Shown here one piece after another: positions 1 through 14,738 of a DNA stretch of 64,000 nucleotides (position 1 is the stretch's first letter; every line of letters begins with the position of its first letter). Location of the stretch: NCBI RefSeq assembly GCF_009914755.1, contig NC_060939.1. One strand, 5' to 3'. The DNA is from the human T2T-CHM13v2.0 reference genome, Homo sapiens. The position numbers and the translations under genes were made by a program. The notes under the pieces are model-generated. The model saw only the letters and a list, made by a program, of their open reading frames with translations, was not told the origin of the DNA and searched no databases.

Positions 1-600
<600 letters not shown>

Positions 601-924
601 GGCTTGTAATTGCTTTGAAACATGTGTCTTGAACATAGCTCTGACCAGTGACTGAGGAAGATCCTGTTCATTCAGCAGTGGCTCTCAGCTCTTACATGGG
701 ACTGTTTACAAGTCATGCCCCCTCCTGACCCCTAGACTCACTTCAGAGTCTGCACTAAAGTGAAAGCCACAGACCAGACAAGGGGAAGCCCTACCTTGGG
801 CGGCAAGCCGGACAAGCCACGGCGCCCCCCTGCACTTCCGGTGGGTAACTCCCATGGGCGCCCAGAGAGAAAAGATGTGTGAGTCCGGAGAGGCACCTGA
901 GAGGGTAAAATAATAGTTCAGCCA

Positions 925-1257
925 CATATCTGTCAGTGATGGGCATACGTTCTGAGAAAGGATGCGTTGTTAGGCAATTTTGTCATTGTGTGAACATCCT
1001 CGTGCGTTCTTACACAAGCCTAGGTGGTACAGCCGACCATATGGGACAGCCTGCTGCTCCTGGGCTACAAACCTGCACAGCATGTTACTGTACTGAGTAC
1101 CATAGGCGACTATAACATGCTGGGAAGCAGGTGTGTATCTAAACATATCTGAACATAGGAAGGGCACGGTAAAAATATGGTATTTTAATCTTATGGGACA
1201 CAATTGTGTATGCAGTCCGTCATTGACCAAAACATCATTATGCGGTGCACGGTTGTA
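925..1257 (-). mobile_element. Tigger3/MER7-type TcMar-Tigger MITE
   Basis: Matches remembered Tigger3a consensus (cgttctgagaaa...ggctacaaacctg...tatctaaacatatct...attatgcggtgcac). Confidence 0.8.
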
Positions 1258-2422
1258 CCCAGTTAAGATAAACCAGAAAATACACGTAAAGCACTCAGTC
1301 AGTGCCAAGGAAACAGTAAGCACTCATTAAACATTAGGTACTGTCATTATTACAATCTCATCATTCCCAAGCTGATAAAAATCGTCTTCAGTTGGGAACA
1401 TGATGTCCACACCCAGAAACAGCCCCTGCAGTGGAGACCCAGGCACAGCTTCAAGAGGGTCTACAGGGTGTCACAAGCCCCCGAGGTCCCTCCATCCCTG
1501 TGAAGATGAGCTCAGCTCCTACCTGCTGCCCAGGCAGAACTCTGTGGGTTTCTGCTGGCATCACCAGATGTCCCCTGCCCTCTCTTTTCTAGCAGCCCCC
1601 GGCAGTCTTGCATCTCACATGCACACAGGTACACCCCTTCATGCCTTTTGTTCCCCCATCAAGGACACCTCATCCCCCCACCCTCCGCTTCCAGGACGAG
1701 GTCTCCGCCACTCCCATTCCTCTGAACCTCTACAACCAATATCTCCTGAACAGTGACTGTGGGAGAGGATTGTATGAGCAGAGACCAATTCCCACGTATT
1801 TGAGGAGTGGGGAGCTGGCACCAGGCAGTGCACTCAGGAAGGCATCCAGAGAGAGAGGAGCTGGGACAATGGAAAGGGCTCACAGAACTGCTAAGCAAGG
1901 ACTCGCGTTTCACTCTAGGCCAATAGGAGGCACTGAAGGTTGTGGACATGAGAAAATGTGATCAGGAAGCCAAGCAGAGGTATGGCCAGGAGAAGGGCAA
2001 CCGGAGCCTGGGTGGGGTGTGGAAAGAACGAGGGTTCAGGAGAAGTCGCTCCTTGCTGTGCAACGGTGGACAATTCCCCAAGGCTCTCCAAGCCTTGATT
2101 TTCTCCTCTGTGAAATGGGCTAACAATAACAAGCCAGCCTGCCTCTGAGAGGAGCTGGGGTCAGGTAGCTCAGAGGAGTGGACATCCTCCAAAACCAAGA
2201 ACATGACATCACAGGTTGTGCTTTTGCACGGGTGGGTGTGGCAGGCAACACGGTGGGACTGAGGTAGACCACATGGATGTGATGGGGACTGAGCAGGGAG
2301 GGACATCTAACATCCAGGCACATGCAGCACCTTCTTCATAAGCCTGTGTTCCGGGGGCCGCTTCCCCTTCCACACGCACACACAGCCAACTAACAGATCT
2401 GCCTTCTAAGTCCACAAGTAAC

Positions 2423-2608
2423 TACGAGGAAAGACCAAGCCATGCGCACACCCCGCACTCTGCTCCTGCCCCACCACCCTAACAGTGTGGGCAGGGCCCT
2501 TCCTGTTCCGCCAGGTTTACGAGGACAGACCAAGCCACGCGCACACCCCGCACTCTGCTCCTGCCTCACCACCCTAACAGTGTGGGCAGGGCCTTTCCTG
2601 TTCTGCCA
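2423..2608. repeat. Two-copy tandem duplication, 95-bp unit
   Basis: tacgagga.agaccaagcca.gcgcacaccccgcactctgctcctgcc... starts at 2423 and 2518, with a few mismatches. Confidence 0.9.
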
Positions 2609-2636
2609 TGATTAGCACACATACACTCGACACCTT

Positions 2637-2737
2637 GCGTGTGTGTGTGTGGGTGTCTGTGTTGTGTGCACTTGTGTGTGTGTTGCATGCATGTGTTGCA
2701 TGTGTCTTGTATGCAGGTGCATGTATGTGCATGTGTG
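2637..2737. repeat. Degenerate (TG)n simple repeat
   Basis: gtgtgtgtgt...tgcatgtgtg run. Confidence 0.85.
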
Positions 2738-5700
2738 AATGGTTTCGTAGCATAGTGTTGTTCTGACTTGCTTTAACACCAGGACTTGGGGACCTTGGCT
2801 TCAGGACATCCTCTGTGGGCAGCGCAGAATTGCAGAGTCACCAGCTGCTGCACAGTGTCTGCGTTATCTCAGACCTCACTTAGCCAAAGAAAGGCAAGGA
2901 ACAATAGTGACATTTCTGAAGTGTGGTTATTTCATAAACTGCAGAGTTGGCAGGGCTGTTGATCTGTGCATGCCAGATTTTCCAGGTGAGGGTTCTGAGA
3001 GGTCCAGAGGAAAACCTGTCCCAAGCCACTGTGCAGAGGACAGAGTTAGACTCCCAGGGCCATGCTCAGAGGAAGGCGGCTCTCAGGAATCTACTCCCAA
3101 AGATGTGGCCTGCTCCTGTCTCTCAGGACTTAGGGGTGATCAGACTCTCTACCTTGCATTCCTGAGGACGTCCAGAAGGAGCCCAAAAGACTGGGACTGG
3201 AACCCTTGCCCCTTCCAAAAAAGGACGTTGAGCCACTGCCTGCCAGGGAGGCTCTGGCCCAGTGGGAGCAGGGGCGAGGGAGGGGCCCAGCCCAGGAGCC
3301 CCAGATCTTTTCCCTAAAGGGCTTTTCCACTTTGCAATCAGCAGGTTATCTCGGGGTGGTGCTTCAGTGCCCGGTGAACACCCCAGTCCTCCGTGACCTT
3401 CCACTGCACGGGAGTAGCCCCAGAGACTGGCCTGGTCTGAACCAGCTATTCACTGAGGGTGTCGAGCAGCGATTTTCTACTTCTCTCCTTCCTTCTCCAT
3501 TAGCGGACGTTCTTCCATAAAGAAGATTCCCTGGGAGGAACAGGTGCTTCTCCTGCAAAGCTCCCCTCCAGTGGGGACGGACGGGCTTTCCTCTCGCCTT
3601 CTCTTTCTTTGCTTTGTCTTTTCCTGTTTTATCACAGTGGGTCCATGGACTGAACACACTATGCTTTATGCTCACTGACAGGCACCACACTTTTTGAAGT
3701 TCCAATTGTCCCGGAAATCTCTGGGCACTTCTTGCTTTCTGGCATAGGATGTCCGGGCTTACCTCAAACCGTTCCTGCCCAGACCCGGAACCAGCCAGTC
3801 TCCCAGAGAGCCCTGGTCCCTTGGGGTGGGACTGGGGTGCAGAACCTAAGATCTGGCTATTGTGTTCATGGCTATGTGGTGACCCGCTTCACCTCACAGA
3901 AGAAAGAGCTGACTCCCCAAAGAGGGGCTGGAGGTCCCCCTAGTCCCACAGGCAGGCAGGGCACAGTGGGGCTGAACTGCAAGACTCTGCCCTGGCTCTT
4001 TGGGTGGGGAGAGGTTTCTAGGTTGGTCTCTACTAGCTCATGGCTCTCGGAGGGAGGCCTACCCAGGGTCCTTTGCATATACTTGATCTGAGCCCTGTGG
4101 TCAGGGCCTGAAACACGGACGATGAGTAATTTCGAGAGTACTGAAAAGGAAAGGCCACAGAAACAGAGCTGCCCACCCCCTGGCCGATGCCTCACATTCC
4201 ACCTTTCATTCCTAAATATGGAGATTCAAATCCCAATCTAAATGCAACAACCCTGAGGATTTCACTGTCCGTGTTCAGGTGTTTCTAAGAGCAGACGCCA
4301 CTGATAGGGCAGACATGACCCTGAGGCCCCTGGCCCTGAGGTGGGAGGGAGGGGCCACCCTGTATTGGGGAAGAGCCTGGGGACCTAAGCAGGCTTTGAA
4401 GACCTCACACACACATGTGTCACAGTCTGCCAGCTCCAGCCCCCTGCTCACCCACTGTTCTAGGAAAAAAAAAAATACATCACCCCCTGCAACCTGCAGA
4501 CCCCCGGGGGGCTCCTGGGGCTGGCTGCCGCGCACCCAGCTTCTGCTGGGGCACAGTGGACCTTTATGGCTGAAACCCGTCGACCCTCATGTGAGTCAGC
4601 GAGGAAACATGTGTGCTCTCGTTTTCCTTAGAACCCTGTGGTCTCCAGGGCCTAACAAGGTACAAATGGAAATGTTATTCTTGCCGGAGTTGAGAGGCAT
4701 GGAGTGGAAATACGAAACCAGCCAAGAGCAGCAGTAGGCAGTGCGTGTGTGTGCGCGTGTGTGTGTGTGGCGGGGGGTTAGGGGTGGGCTTGACTCCGGC
4801 TGGCATCTGTTTTGAGGGGTGGGCCCCGAAAGACTTTAAAGGGGCTACACCCTTTCAGACAAGCTCACCCTACCCCACCCCTCCACTCTGCGCTTCCTCA
4901 CCCACCCCCCATGGGATCCAAATACCTTTCAGTCCAAGAAGCGTCTACCCCATTAACAGAGAGACCCCATTTCGGAATTCAGCATTTGTTGTCAGCTCAC
5001 AGGGAGCTATTTCTCTTTGTGTCAGAATAATATAATACTTTAACATATTGACAAAATGCTTTGTTTCTGGTTTGGGGGATTTTTTGGTACTTTATGCTGC
5101 CCCATCACTTAGGCCATTCAGGTAGGGGTTATTTCAGACTCGCTGTCCCCAGGGTGGGGCCGCACAGTCGGGAACAGGGCACACACTTGTACATTTTCGA
5201 CTTCCACTGATGGCTACGGAGACGCTGGGAAGTGAAACTACATTAAGAGCCGAGGCCTAAAACTGCAAGAGCCGGGCTTTATAACAGATCAACGTTTTTG
5301 GGTTTTTGGTTTTATGTTTTGGTTTTTGGTTCCAAAAGGCTCCAAGGATAAAGTTTAGACCATAAACAACAGGATAGGAGGACCTGTACACCAAGCCAGT
5401 GTCCCACCTGGAGAGAGATAGTCTGTCCCAGCCAGAGGAGAGGCTGGAAAGGAAGCAGGGGAGGCGGATGCTGTCTGAGAAGCTGGGCCGTGCCCCTCAG
5501 CACCTGCCAGGACCACGTGCTAGAAAGAAAGCCCAGGACCCTGCGGAGCGCAGGAGAGGACAGAAGAGAGCCAGGCCTGGTAAACCTCGGCTCGCCAGGG
5601 CTCCCCTCCAGGGCAATGAGCTGGTTGGGCTTGAACATGAAGCTGAGGCTCCCTCCAGCTTTCTTGCCCATAGCCCAGGCTGTCTCCTGGTCCTCATGGC

Positions 5701-6196
5701 TAAAGGTGCACTCTGGTCCTCACCTCTGCTCCAAGCAGCAGGATGGAGGAAAGGGGAGATAGGCAGAGGCCATGCCCAGAGGGGTCTCCTTCCGGATATT
5801 TCCCAGTCACTGCCTCCCAGCATTTCTGCTTTCATCCTTGTCTCATGAAAGAGGTCACCTGGCCACACCCAGAGGCAAGGGAGGCTGAGACCTGTGGTCT
5901 TCATTCCAAGAGGCCCAGCTCAGAGTCAGGAGGTCTGGGAGACAGTGAACGGACATGGGGCAGGGGACCAGCAACCTCTCTGCAGTGTGTCCAGCCACCA
6001 GATGCTCCTGCCCCTGCTGACAGCACAGGGTGCCTGAGCCCCCAACAGCTGTGTCTCCAACACCCCTGCTGAAAGACTACCCTCCATAGCTCTATTTTGG
6101 GTTCTCAGGTTTAGGAGTCAGGGGGCTCCCTTTCCCAGGAACCTCCCTTGGATGAGGCGATTTTACAAACAAGAGTTAGCCCAGCCCACCAGAGCT

Positions 6197-6406
6197 GTGC
6201 TGCCCAAAATGGTAGCCACTACTTATCTGCCACTATCGAAATATATATTTAAACTAATTAAAATTAAGTATATTTTGGAAGTCAGCTCCTCTGCCACATG
6301 AGCCACACTTCAAGTGTTCCATGGCCACCCAGGGCTAATGGTTCCCATATTGCATGGCACAGACCCAGAACCTTCCACCATCACAGAAAGTTGTATCGGC
6401 AGTGCT
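6197..6406 (-). mobile_element. MER3 (hAT-Charlie) MITE
   Basis: ggtagccact...AT-rich core...agccacacttcaagtg...catcacagaaagtt matches remembered MER3 in reverse. Confidence 0.75.
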
Positions 6407-6749
6407 ACCCCAAAGGCACAAGGAACCAGAGGCCTAGGGCTCCGTGTGGGGAGCTGCAGGAGTGGCCCCAGCCAGTGCGCCTGCTTCTTTCTTACCACAG
6501 GCCCTGCTGCTGCTGGTGACTGGCACCACCCCATGGCCCCATCACTGCTGAGGGGCAGAATGGACACTCAGCCTGATCCCAAAGCCCAGCCACATTATAT
6601 GCCCCCAGTGTGAGAGGAGAGACCAACAGGCATGGTCAAAGACAAGGAGAAAGACGGGGAGCTGAGGGTGAGAAGGACTGGAGTGCTGTACCTCTGTGAT
6701 AGCTGACTGGGCAAGTGGAGGCAAATCCCCCCCGCCCTCAACCTCCTCA

Positions 6750-7548
6750 CCCATCTGCCCGCCCACCCACCCATCTATCCATCTACCCATGTACACATAC
6801 ATTAATTTACCCATCCACTCATCCATTTATCTATCCACCATCTACCCTTTCACCCACTCATCTGCCTATCCACCTATCTACCCATCCACCCAACCATCTA
6901 TCTACCCCCACACCCATCCACCCATCCACATCCATATACTCACACACCCAATCACCCATCCACCTACCCATCTACCCATCCACTCACACATCTATCCATC
7001 CACCCAGCCATCTATCTACTCACACACCCATCCACCCATCTACCCATCTATCCACTTATCTACCTACCCACCCAACCACCTGTCCACCCCACCATTCACC
7101 AATCCACCCACCTATCAACCCACACACCCATACACCCAAGTACTCATCTATCCACCCATCTACCCATCCACCCACCTATCCATCCATCCACTCAACCACC
7201 TATCCACTCACACACCCATCCACATATCTACCAATCAATACACCCTTATGTCATCCACCCATGCACCTATCCACCCATCTATCCATGTACTCATGCATCC
7301 ATTCACCCATCCACCCATCTGTCCATCCAACCATCCACCCCTCCACTCACCTATCCACCCCTCTACCCACCTATTCACTCATCCAGCTGTCTACCCAACC
7401 ACCTATTCACCCTCCCATCCACCCAACCACCTATTCACTCAACCATCCACCCATCCACCCAATCATCCACCCATCTACCCACTTATCCATCCAACTATCC
7501 AACCACCTATCCACTTATCCATCCACCCATTCACTTATTCATCCATCT
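6750..7548. repeat. ~800-bp (CCAT/CCAC/CTAT)n simple-repeat block adjoining an L2 3' end
   Basis: Nearly G-free + strand of tetramer variants; source of the spurious 310-aa and 294-aa His/Pro-rich ORFs. Confidence 0.95.
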
Positions 7549-8694
7549 GCTCCATACTCCTGCCTCCCAGGCATTGTGTCATTGTGGGTACAAAAATAAA
7601 TGAGCCATACTCTCCCACCTCAATATGAAAATAATTAGCAGAATAATAATAATAGCTACAAGAACAATAATTGGTATAGTGGTGCAATACCTCTATCAGA
7701 AGTGGAGTGAGTGTCCCTTGCAGACACAGTGAGTGGTAAATGCTGGCAAGTGCTGAGAAGCCCTCCAAGATCCCTCTCCCTCTAAGAGTCTATGCTTTCC
7801 TGGGTGGGCTGAGTCTGTCAATCCAAATGCTGGGCCTGGCCCAGACCCCCTGAGGGAGGCTTGTGGGAGGCCAAGCTACACCCCCCACACCAGCTCTGGC
7901 CAGATCACTCAGCCAAGGTGGGACCCAGGCCAGGCCCCCACCTGCCTACTCCATGGCCCTACATTCCCAGGCTGCCAAGTCTCCACCCCTGCAACAAGAA
8001 AAAAACCTAGGAACCCCCAAGATGTAACCTCACCTGCAGGGGAACCTGGCAAAGGCCGCCTTCACAGCTCCAGCTCTGGAGGAGTTGGAAAGGGTGCAGG
8101 CAGGGGCAGGGGGCTGGGCTGCAGGCTTTCTCAGTCTTGAGCTGCACAGACCCATTCACTTGCAGAGCCACGTGAGGACTGAAGATGATGTCAATAAAGA
8201 CCTAGCTGGGGGCTGGCATGTAGCTGGTGCCTAAGATATGCTACTCATAGTTACGATGTGTGAAGGGTTCCCATTCCTCTCTCACAGGCTCTGAAGCTAT
8301 AAACTAGAGATGTGAGGTGCACAGGATCATTCCTATAACTTGACAAGCCTGAACAAAACCATCTTGCACACGGGTTCCAGCTTGTACCCAAAAAGGAAAG
8401 GACAACACATCCTAAATCAAGCCACCTTTGACCTGCTTGGGAGATCTGCTCCCCACACACTTCACCTGAGGCTTTGGAGAATTATCACGGCACATGTCAA
8501 CAGGCTGGGCGGCCGGGAAGCCTGAGGCCTCTGGGGAGCAAGTGTGTGGATGGCCACAAGAGCATCAGTTCATCGCTGGCAGTGATCAGGGCCTGGACCC
8601 ACCCTGGGGGTGAGCTAGTTGGCTGCACGGCACTTCTGGTTATTAGTAGGTTTAAGATCAGATTGATTCATTTTAAACGCAGCTTGAGAGCTGA

Positions 8695-9322
<628 letters not shown>

Positions 9323-9359
9323 TAGAGTATCTACTTTTCCCACTACTAGTCAGTGACTA

Positions 9360-10140
9360 ACACAGGGATGGTCCCTGTCCTCATGGGCCTGGTATTGAAG
9401 GTGGGGAGCAGATAAGGAAACAGACAAATAACATGATTGCAAATTAAACAAGTGTAAGACTATACTCTCTACTTTCAGGGATCATTTCTATAATTCATTA
9501 CAAATCAAACAAGTGTTCACGTGCTGTGAGGAAAATGAAGAAAGGACTGAAATGATAGAACTAGAAGGAACAAAAGTGGAAGCAGCGAGACCATTAGGAG
9601 GCCTCTGGAGCAATCCAGGTGAAAACTGACGGCTACTTGGATGACACTGCTGATAGCAGAAACAGGAAGATATGGGGAGAATTGGGGTACATGAGAAGAT
9701 AGAACCCAACGTTGCTTGCTGCTGGATTGTATAATACATGGGCTGAGAAGGAAAGAAGGAGAATCAAGAATTACTCATATACTGTTGGCCCGAAAATAGT
9801 TGTAGCTGTTGTGAAAATGGGGTACACTGGTTGAGAGCGGTTAGGCAGATTAAAAAGGGAAATCAGGAGTTCTGCATTGAACAGATGAAGTTTGAGATGG
9901 CTGTGGAAAAACCAAACACAAATGTCAGGTGAGCTAAGAGCCTTAGGAACTCAGAGCTCTGACCTGGAGCTAGAAATGAGGCCATCAATTTATAGAGGAA
10001 ATCACCGAGGTGGCGCAGGATCCCTCAGATCTAAGAGAGGGAGGAGGAATAGGAGGAGCAAGTTGAGAAGACACAAAGAGTGGCTAAAGGAGTAGGAGGA
10101 AAAAGGGCAAATGGGGTGGACTGCAGAAAGGAGAGGTGAG
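9360..10140 (-). mobile_element. L2 fragments
   Basis: ggtccctgtcctcatgg..., gagaccattaggaggc...aatccaggtga, aatcaggagttctg...aagtttgagatg are L2-like phrases. Confidence 0.6.
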
Positions 10141-10155
10141 GAGGTGGAAATAGCA

Positions 10156-10349
10156 TGCTCAATGGATCCTCCCACCTCAGCCTCCCAATACAGATGCAGA
10201 CTACCGCGACTGGCTAATTTTTTGTATTTCTTGTAGGCACAGGGTTTCACCATGTTGCCCAGGCTGGTCCCAAACTCCTGGGCTCAAGTGATCTGCGCAC
10301 CTCAGCCTCCCAAAGTGCTGGGATTAGAGGCATGAGCCACCACGCCTGG
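10156..10349 (-). mobile_element. Partial AluJ
   Basis: Antisense left arm plus part of the right arm. Confidence 0.85.
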
Positions 10350-11780
10350 TTCCCCTCCTGTTTTCTGGCTGCCTCATATCTGTAGAATATACTGGCTCTG
10401 TTTGGGGGCATTTCCCATCTTGAGAGTCCCATGTCCCTGAAGTAGAACAGAGAAAACTTCCCTCCCAGCCTCCTTTGCAGCCAGGGCACAGGCATGTGAC
10501 CTCACTCCACCAATCAGATTCAACCTCAGGAGACATCATTTGAAAATGAGACTCCAGAGGGCAGCAGGGGTCACAAGTTGACCTCCAACCACCAAATAGA
10601 GGCCGCTATCGGAACTGACCACAAAAATAAATAAATAAAATTAGAAGACTGGAAGCCAACCAAGTTTTTGAGTAAATGTATTCTCCAAAAGAATGCAAGG
10701 TTGGTGAGTAACAGCCAATACTTGAAGCCACCCCCAGGACTCCAGACTCACACCAACAGGAAGCCGTGTGGCCCCCAGAAATGGTGTATCCCCTCAAGAC
10801 CCACCCCATGGAGAATAATGAATAAGGAGAATAGGGCAGAGCTGAGTCTGCAGAAGGCAATGGCTCTGGCACATCTTCCTGAGAGCAGAGCAGGGTGCTA
10901 GATGGTACCCAGGAAGCCAGGCGTCCTCACTCAGCAGGACTTCCTGCTCCAGCGACTGCTGTGTGCATCCCTTTCCGTGTTGCTGGATGGAAGCTGTACT
11001 GCACTTTTCCTGTTTCTAACCAACCACTGATCCTGAGTATGTCGGGGCAGATAACTTGTCTTTGAGTTTCAAGGTCACAGGACCACAGGGCGCCCCACCT
11101 GCACCTTACAAAGAAGCCTGCCCTGGAAGTAGCAAGATGGGATTCTGGCTGTTTGCCTTGGGAGACACTGATGTTTTCTGTGTCTGAGGGAAGGGCTGCG
11201 TGAGTGCTGGATAGCAAAGGGACAGACTGTGTGGAGTTACTGCGAGCTGCCTTCCCAGGACCCATTCCCGCTTTCTTCCTAACACAGCCCTGATTTGGGA
11301 GGGAACAAAAATGTGTCACTCTGAAATACTCATCTTCTCAATTAGAGGTGACCACGTGACCCAGGTCTGGCCAAGGAAATGTAGGTGAAAAGCTCAGAGA
11401 TAATGTTTTCTAGATAAAAAGTCAAAGCTTTACTGGAAGAAAGACCACCTTTGTCCTGTCTCTTCCTCCTTCCTCTTCTTCCTGCCTGGAAAGGAGATGT
11501 GATGCCGGTGGTGGAGCAGCCGTCCTGTGACTGTGTGGCGTGAAGAGATGTCATTCACCAGCAGAAGGGAGCTGGAGGAGTGAGGGAGGTTAGGAAAGAG
11601 AGGAGAGTCATGCAATGATGCAGCTTAGGAGAGCAAGCTCACCTGGGAAGTCAGACCTGGCCCTGCCACAGAGGCACCAAGGCAGGGCACGCTGAGAGAG
11701 AGGTACACAGCCCTAGGGGAATGTAGAAGGAAGGAGGACAGGGAGGGGAAGGAGATTTGTCTTTCCAAAAAGGGTAGTAG

Positions 11781-12170
<390 letters not shown>

Positions 12171-12842
12171 TGACATCTAAATCAGCATTACATTGTTGTA
12201 ACGTTAACCCATATTTCACTGTTGCTTTGGCCAGGCAGGCTGACTTTCCCATTGAACATGGAAGTCATGAAGTTGATGAAGTTCCCAGACAACCCATTTT
12301 GGAATTCAGAGGTGAATCCAGAGGGGAAGCTGATTACTGACTCAGGACACGGGCCCTGGGCTTGCAGGCTGGATAGTCCCTGGGGCATCTGAGAGCGGAA
12401 CATCAGGCGGTGGTGATTGCAGGTGTGAGCAGAATCACAGGGCTCTGCGGTGCCCAGGAAAAGGGTAAGAACAGTATTGTTTTTCCCCCTAGTTTCACAT
12501 CTTTTGAGAGGCCATACACAGAGCATCGGCCTTTTGCAGCACAGTTTTCTGTTGTTTCATCCATTTGCATCTTCCAAGAGGCTCCTGTAGCAGGATGAAT
12601 AGAACCATCAGTTTTTCCAAATGCTATCCCTGCACCCAGGACAATTATGGGACTTTCTGAGGTTATCTGGGAAGGAGGAGGACTGGGGATGGGAACTCAC
12701 ACTTCCTGCCTATCTACCATGGCTGGAGAGGCCACAGTGCCACCCATGTTTGTGAATGTGACTGATCTCCTTTCATTCTCACAGCTCCCGTAGGGTTTAT
12801 TCTCCTGTTTCACAGATGAAGTAACAAGTGAACAGAAATAAT

Positions 12843-13137
12843 GAGCTGGGCGAGATGCTCACACCTGTAGTCCCAGTGTTTTGGGAGGCTGAAGTGGGAG
12901 GATCGCTTGAGCCCAGGAGTTCAAGACAAGCCTGAACAACACAGTGAGACTCTGTCTCTACAAAAAGTTTAAAAACCTAGCCAGGCGTGGTATGCAACTG
13001 TAGTCCTAGCTACTTGGGGGGCTGAGGTGGGAGGATCGCTTGAGCCCAGAGGGTCAAGGCTGCAGTGAGCTATGATCGCAACCACTGCACTCCAGCCTGG
13101 GCAACAGTGTGAGATCCTGTCTCTAAATACAAAAGAT
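12843..13137 (+). mobile_element. AluJ
   Basis: ggatcgcttgagcccagg in both arms, gtcaaggctgcagtgagctatgatc. Confidence 0.92.
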
Positions 13138-13299
13138 AATCGACCAAAGTCACCTGTCTGGGGATCAGCAGTGCTAGGATGCAGTCCCAGGTCTGCTGGC
13201 TTTGGAGCCCCACTCTGCCCCCAGCCCCAGCCTGTAGGTTTCTTCTGGTGGGCGCGTGTGTATGTATTTGTCGTCTCACAACATGAAAAGCCTGTACAT

Positions 13300-13450
13300 T
13301 CTGGCTCTGGAGTCAGACTGCCTCCCTCTGAGCCCCGGTTCCACTGCTCACTGGCTGTGTGACCTGGAGCAGGTTTCTTGACCTGTCTGTGCTTCAGTTT
13401 CCTCATCTGTAAAATGGGAGTAATGAGAGTGGCATCTACCACAGAGCTGG
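13300..13450 (+). mobile_element. MIR
   Basis: Core ggctctggagtcagac...ctgtgtgacct...cagtttcctcatctgtaaaatggg. Confidence 0.8.
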
Positions 13451-14618
13451 GATGGGGAAAGTCCTGTGTGAGCTATTTTTATTTTTGTTGTTGTTGTGGA
13501 TGCTGGAGTGGGTGGAGGAGCCTCTGAGCCTGCACAGCTGGGAGGGGCAGTCCCAGGAAAGCGTCCGGAACCCTGCTGACCTTCGGAGCCCCCAGAACCC
13601 ACTTCAGCGGAGGCAGGCGTGGAGGGCAGCGGTGTCGGGCTCTGACACCCTAGACGCTGTCCTCCCAGGAAGTGGTTTTGGTTTTATCCCACTTTTGGTC
13701 TGAGTGAGCAGACAGGCCCTTTTGGGCTCCTGTCCCCAAATAGCCTCCCACCCTGTATCTGAGGGAAAGTGAAACTGTCCACCCTCAGGTCCTGATCAGG
13801 TCCCTGCTGAGGCCCTGACCCCCCTCTGAGGTGCTCGGAAGAATGGGCTTGGATTCCGGCCAAGCACCCAGAGAAAGGTCAGCCGTGCTTGCTGGATGCG
13901 AGTGGGTCAGGGGCCCTGCTAGTGTGGGGACAATGGATCCCTCAGCCCTGGCCCGTGGGGCTCTGTCTGCCCATGGAAAGGCCCAGACCCCAGTGGGAAA
14001 GGTTCTGGGCTGGCGGCCTGGGGGTGCCCTGCACTGCCTGCCTGTCCTTGGGGCTTTATTGCCACTGGACTGGGCGTTTCTGTTGTTTCCCTGAGGGCAC
14101 CTTTCTACCTACACCTCCAGCCCTCAGGGCCTGACCACCCTAGCTGGGCTTCCAGCCTGAACTGAGAGGCCCACCTTCCCAGGGCACCCTCTGGGCCTGA
14201 CCAAGCCAGTCTTGCCTGCGACCCCTGAGAGGCCAAAGCAAGGCCCTGGGTACATGAGGCTTCCCGACTCTGGTTAGAGAGCACCGGTTGCTTCATTCCC
14301 CCCTACCTAAAGTGTGAGCTCTAAGATGGCAGAGGCAGGGTCTGAGACAGTCAGAGCCCCCATAGCTCCGTGCCAGGTCCCAGGTCCCCAGACCCAAGCC
14401 CACAGCAACAAGCACAGAAACCGGTGGTGTGGAAACAGTCCCCAGACAACCTTATCAGTCAGATAGCATAAAGCCTTCCTGTCTGCTCCAGCCTGGCCCC
14501 GTAAAAACAGAGCTGCTGATTAGAGCCTTCCAGACACCAAGACTGGAGCCCTTCACGGGCTGGAGAGACATTCTGGTGAGCTTTTCCTGCCCCACTCTAT
14601 CTTTAAAAATTACGAGGG

Positions 14619-14738
14619 GTCAGGCACTGTGGCTCACGCCTGTAGTTCCAGCACTTGGGGAGGCCAAAGCAAGAGGACTGCTTGAAGCCGGGAGTTGAAG
14701 ACCAGCCTGGGCAATATAGCAGGATGCCATCTCTAATA
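14619..14738 (+). mobile_element. FLAM / Alu left monomer
   Basis: gtggctcacgcctgtag...gaccagcctgggcaatatagc. Confidence 0.85.

Noticed and set aside
6696-7628. 310-aa and 294-aa His/Pro-rich ORFs
   Set aside because: Translation of a (CCAT)n repeat that lacks stop codons by composition.
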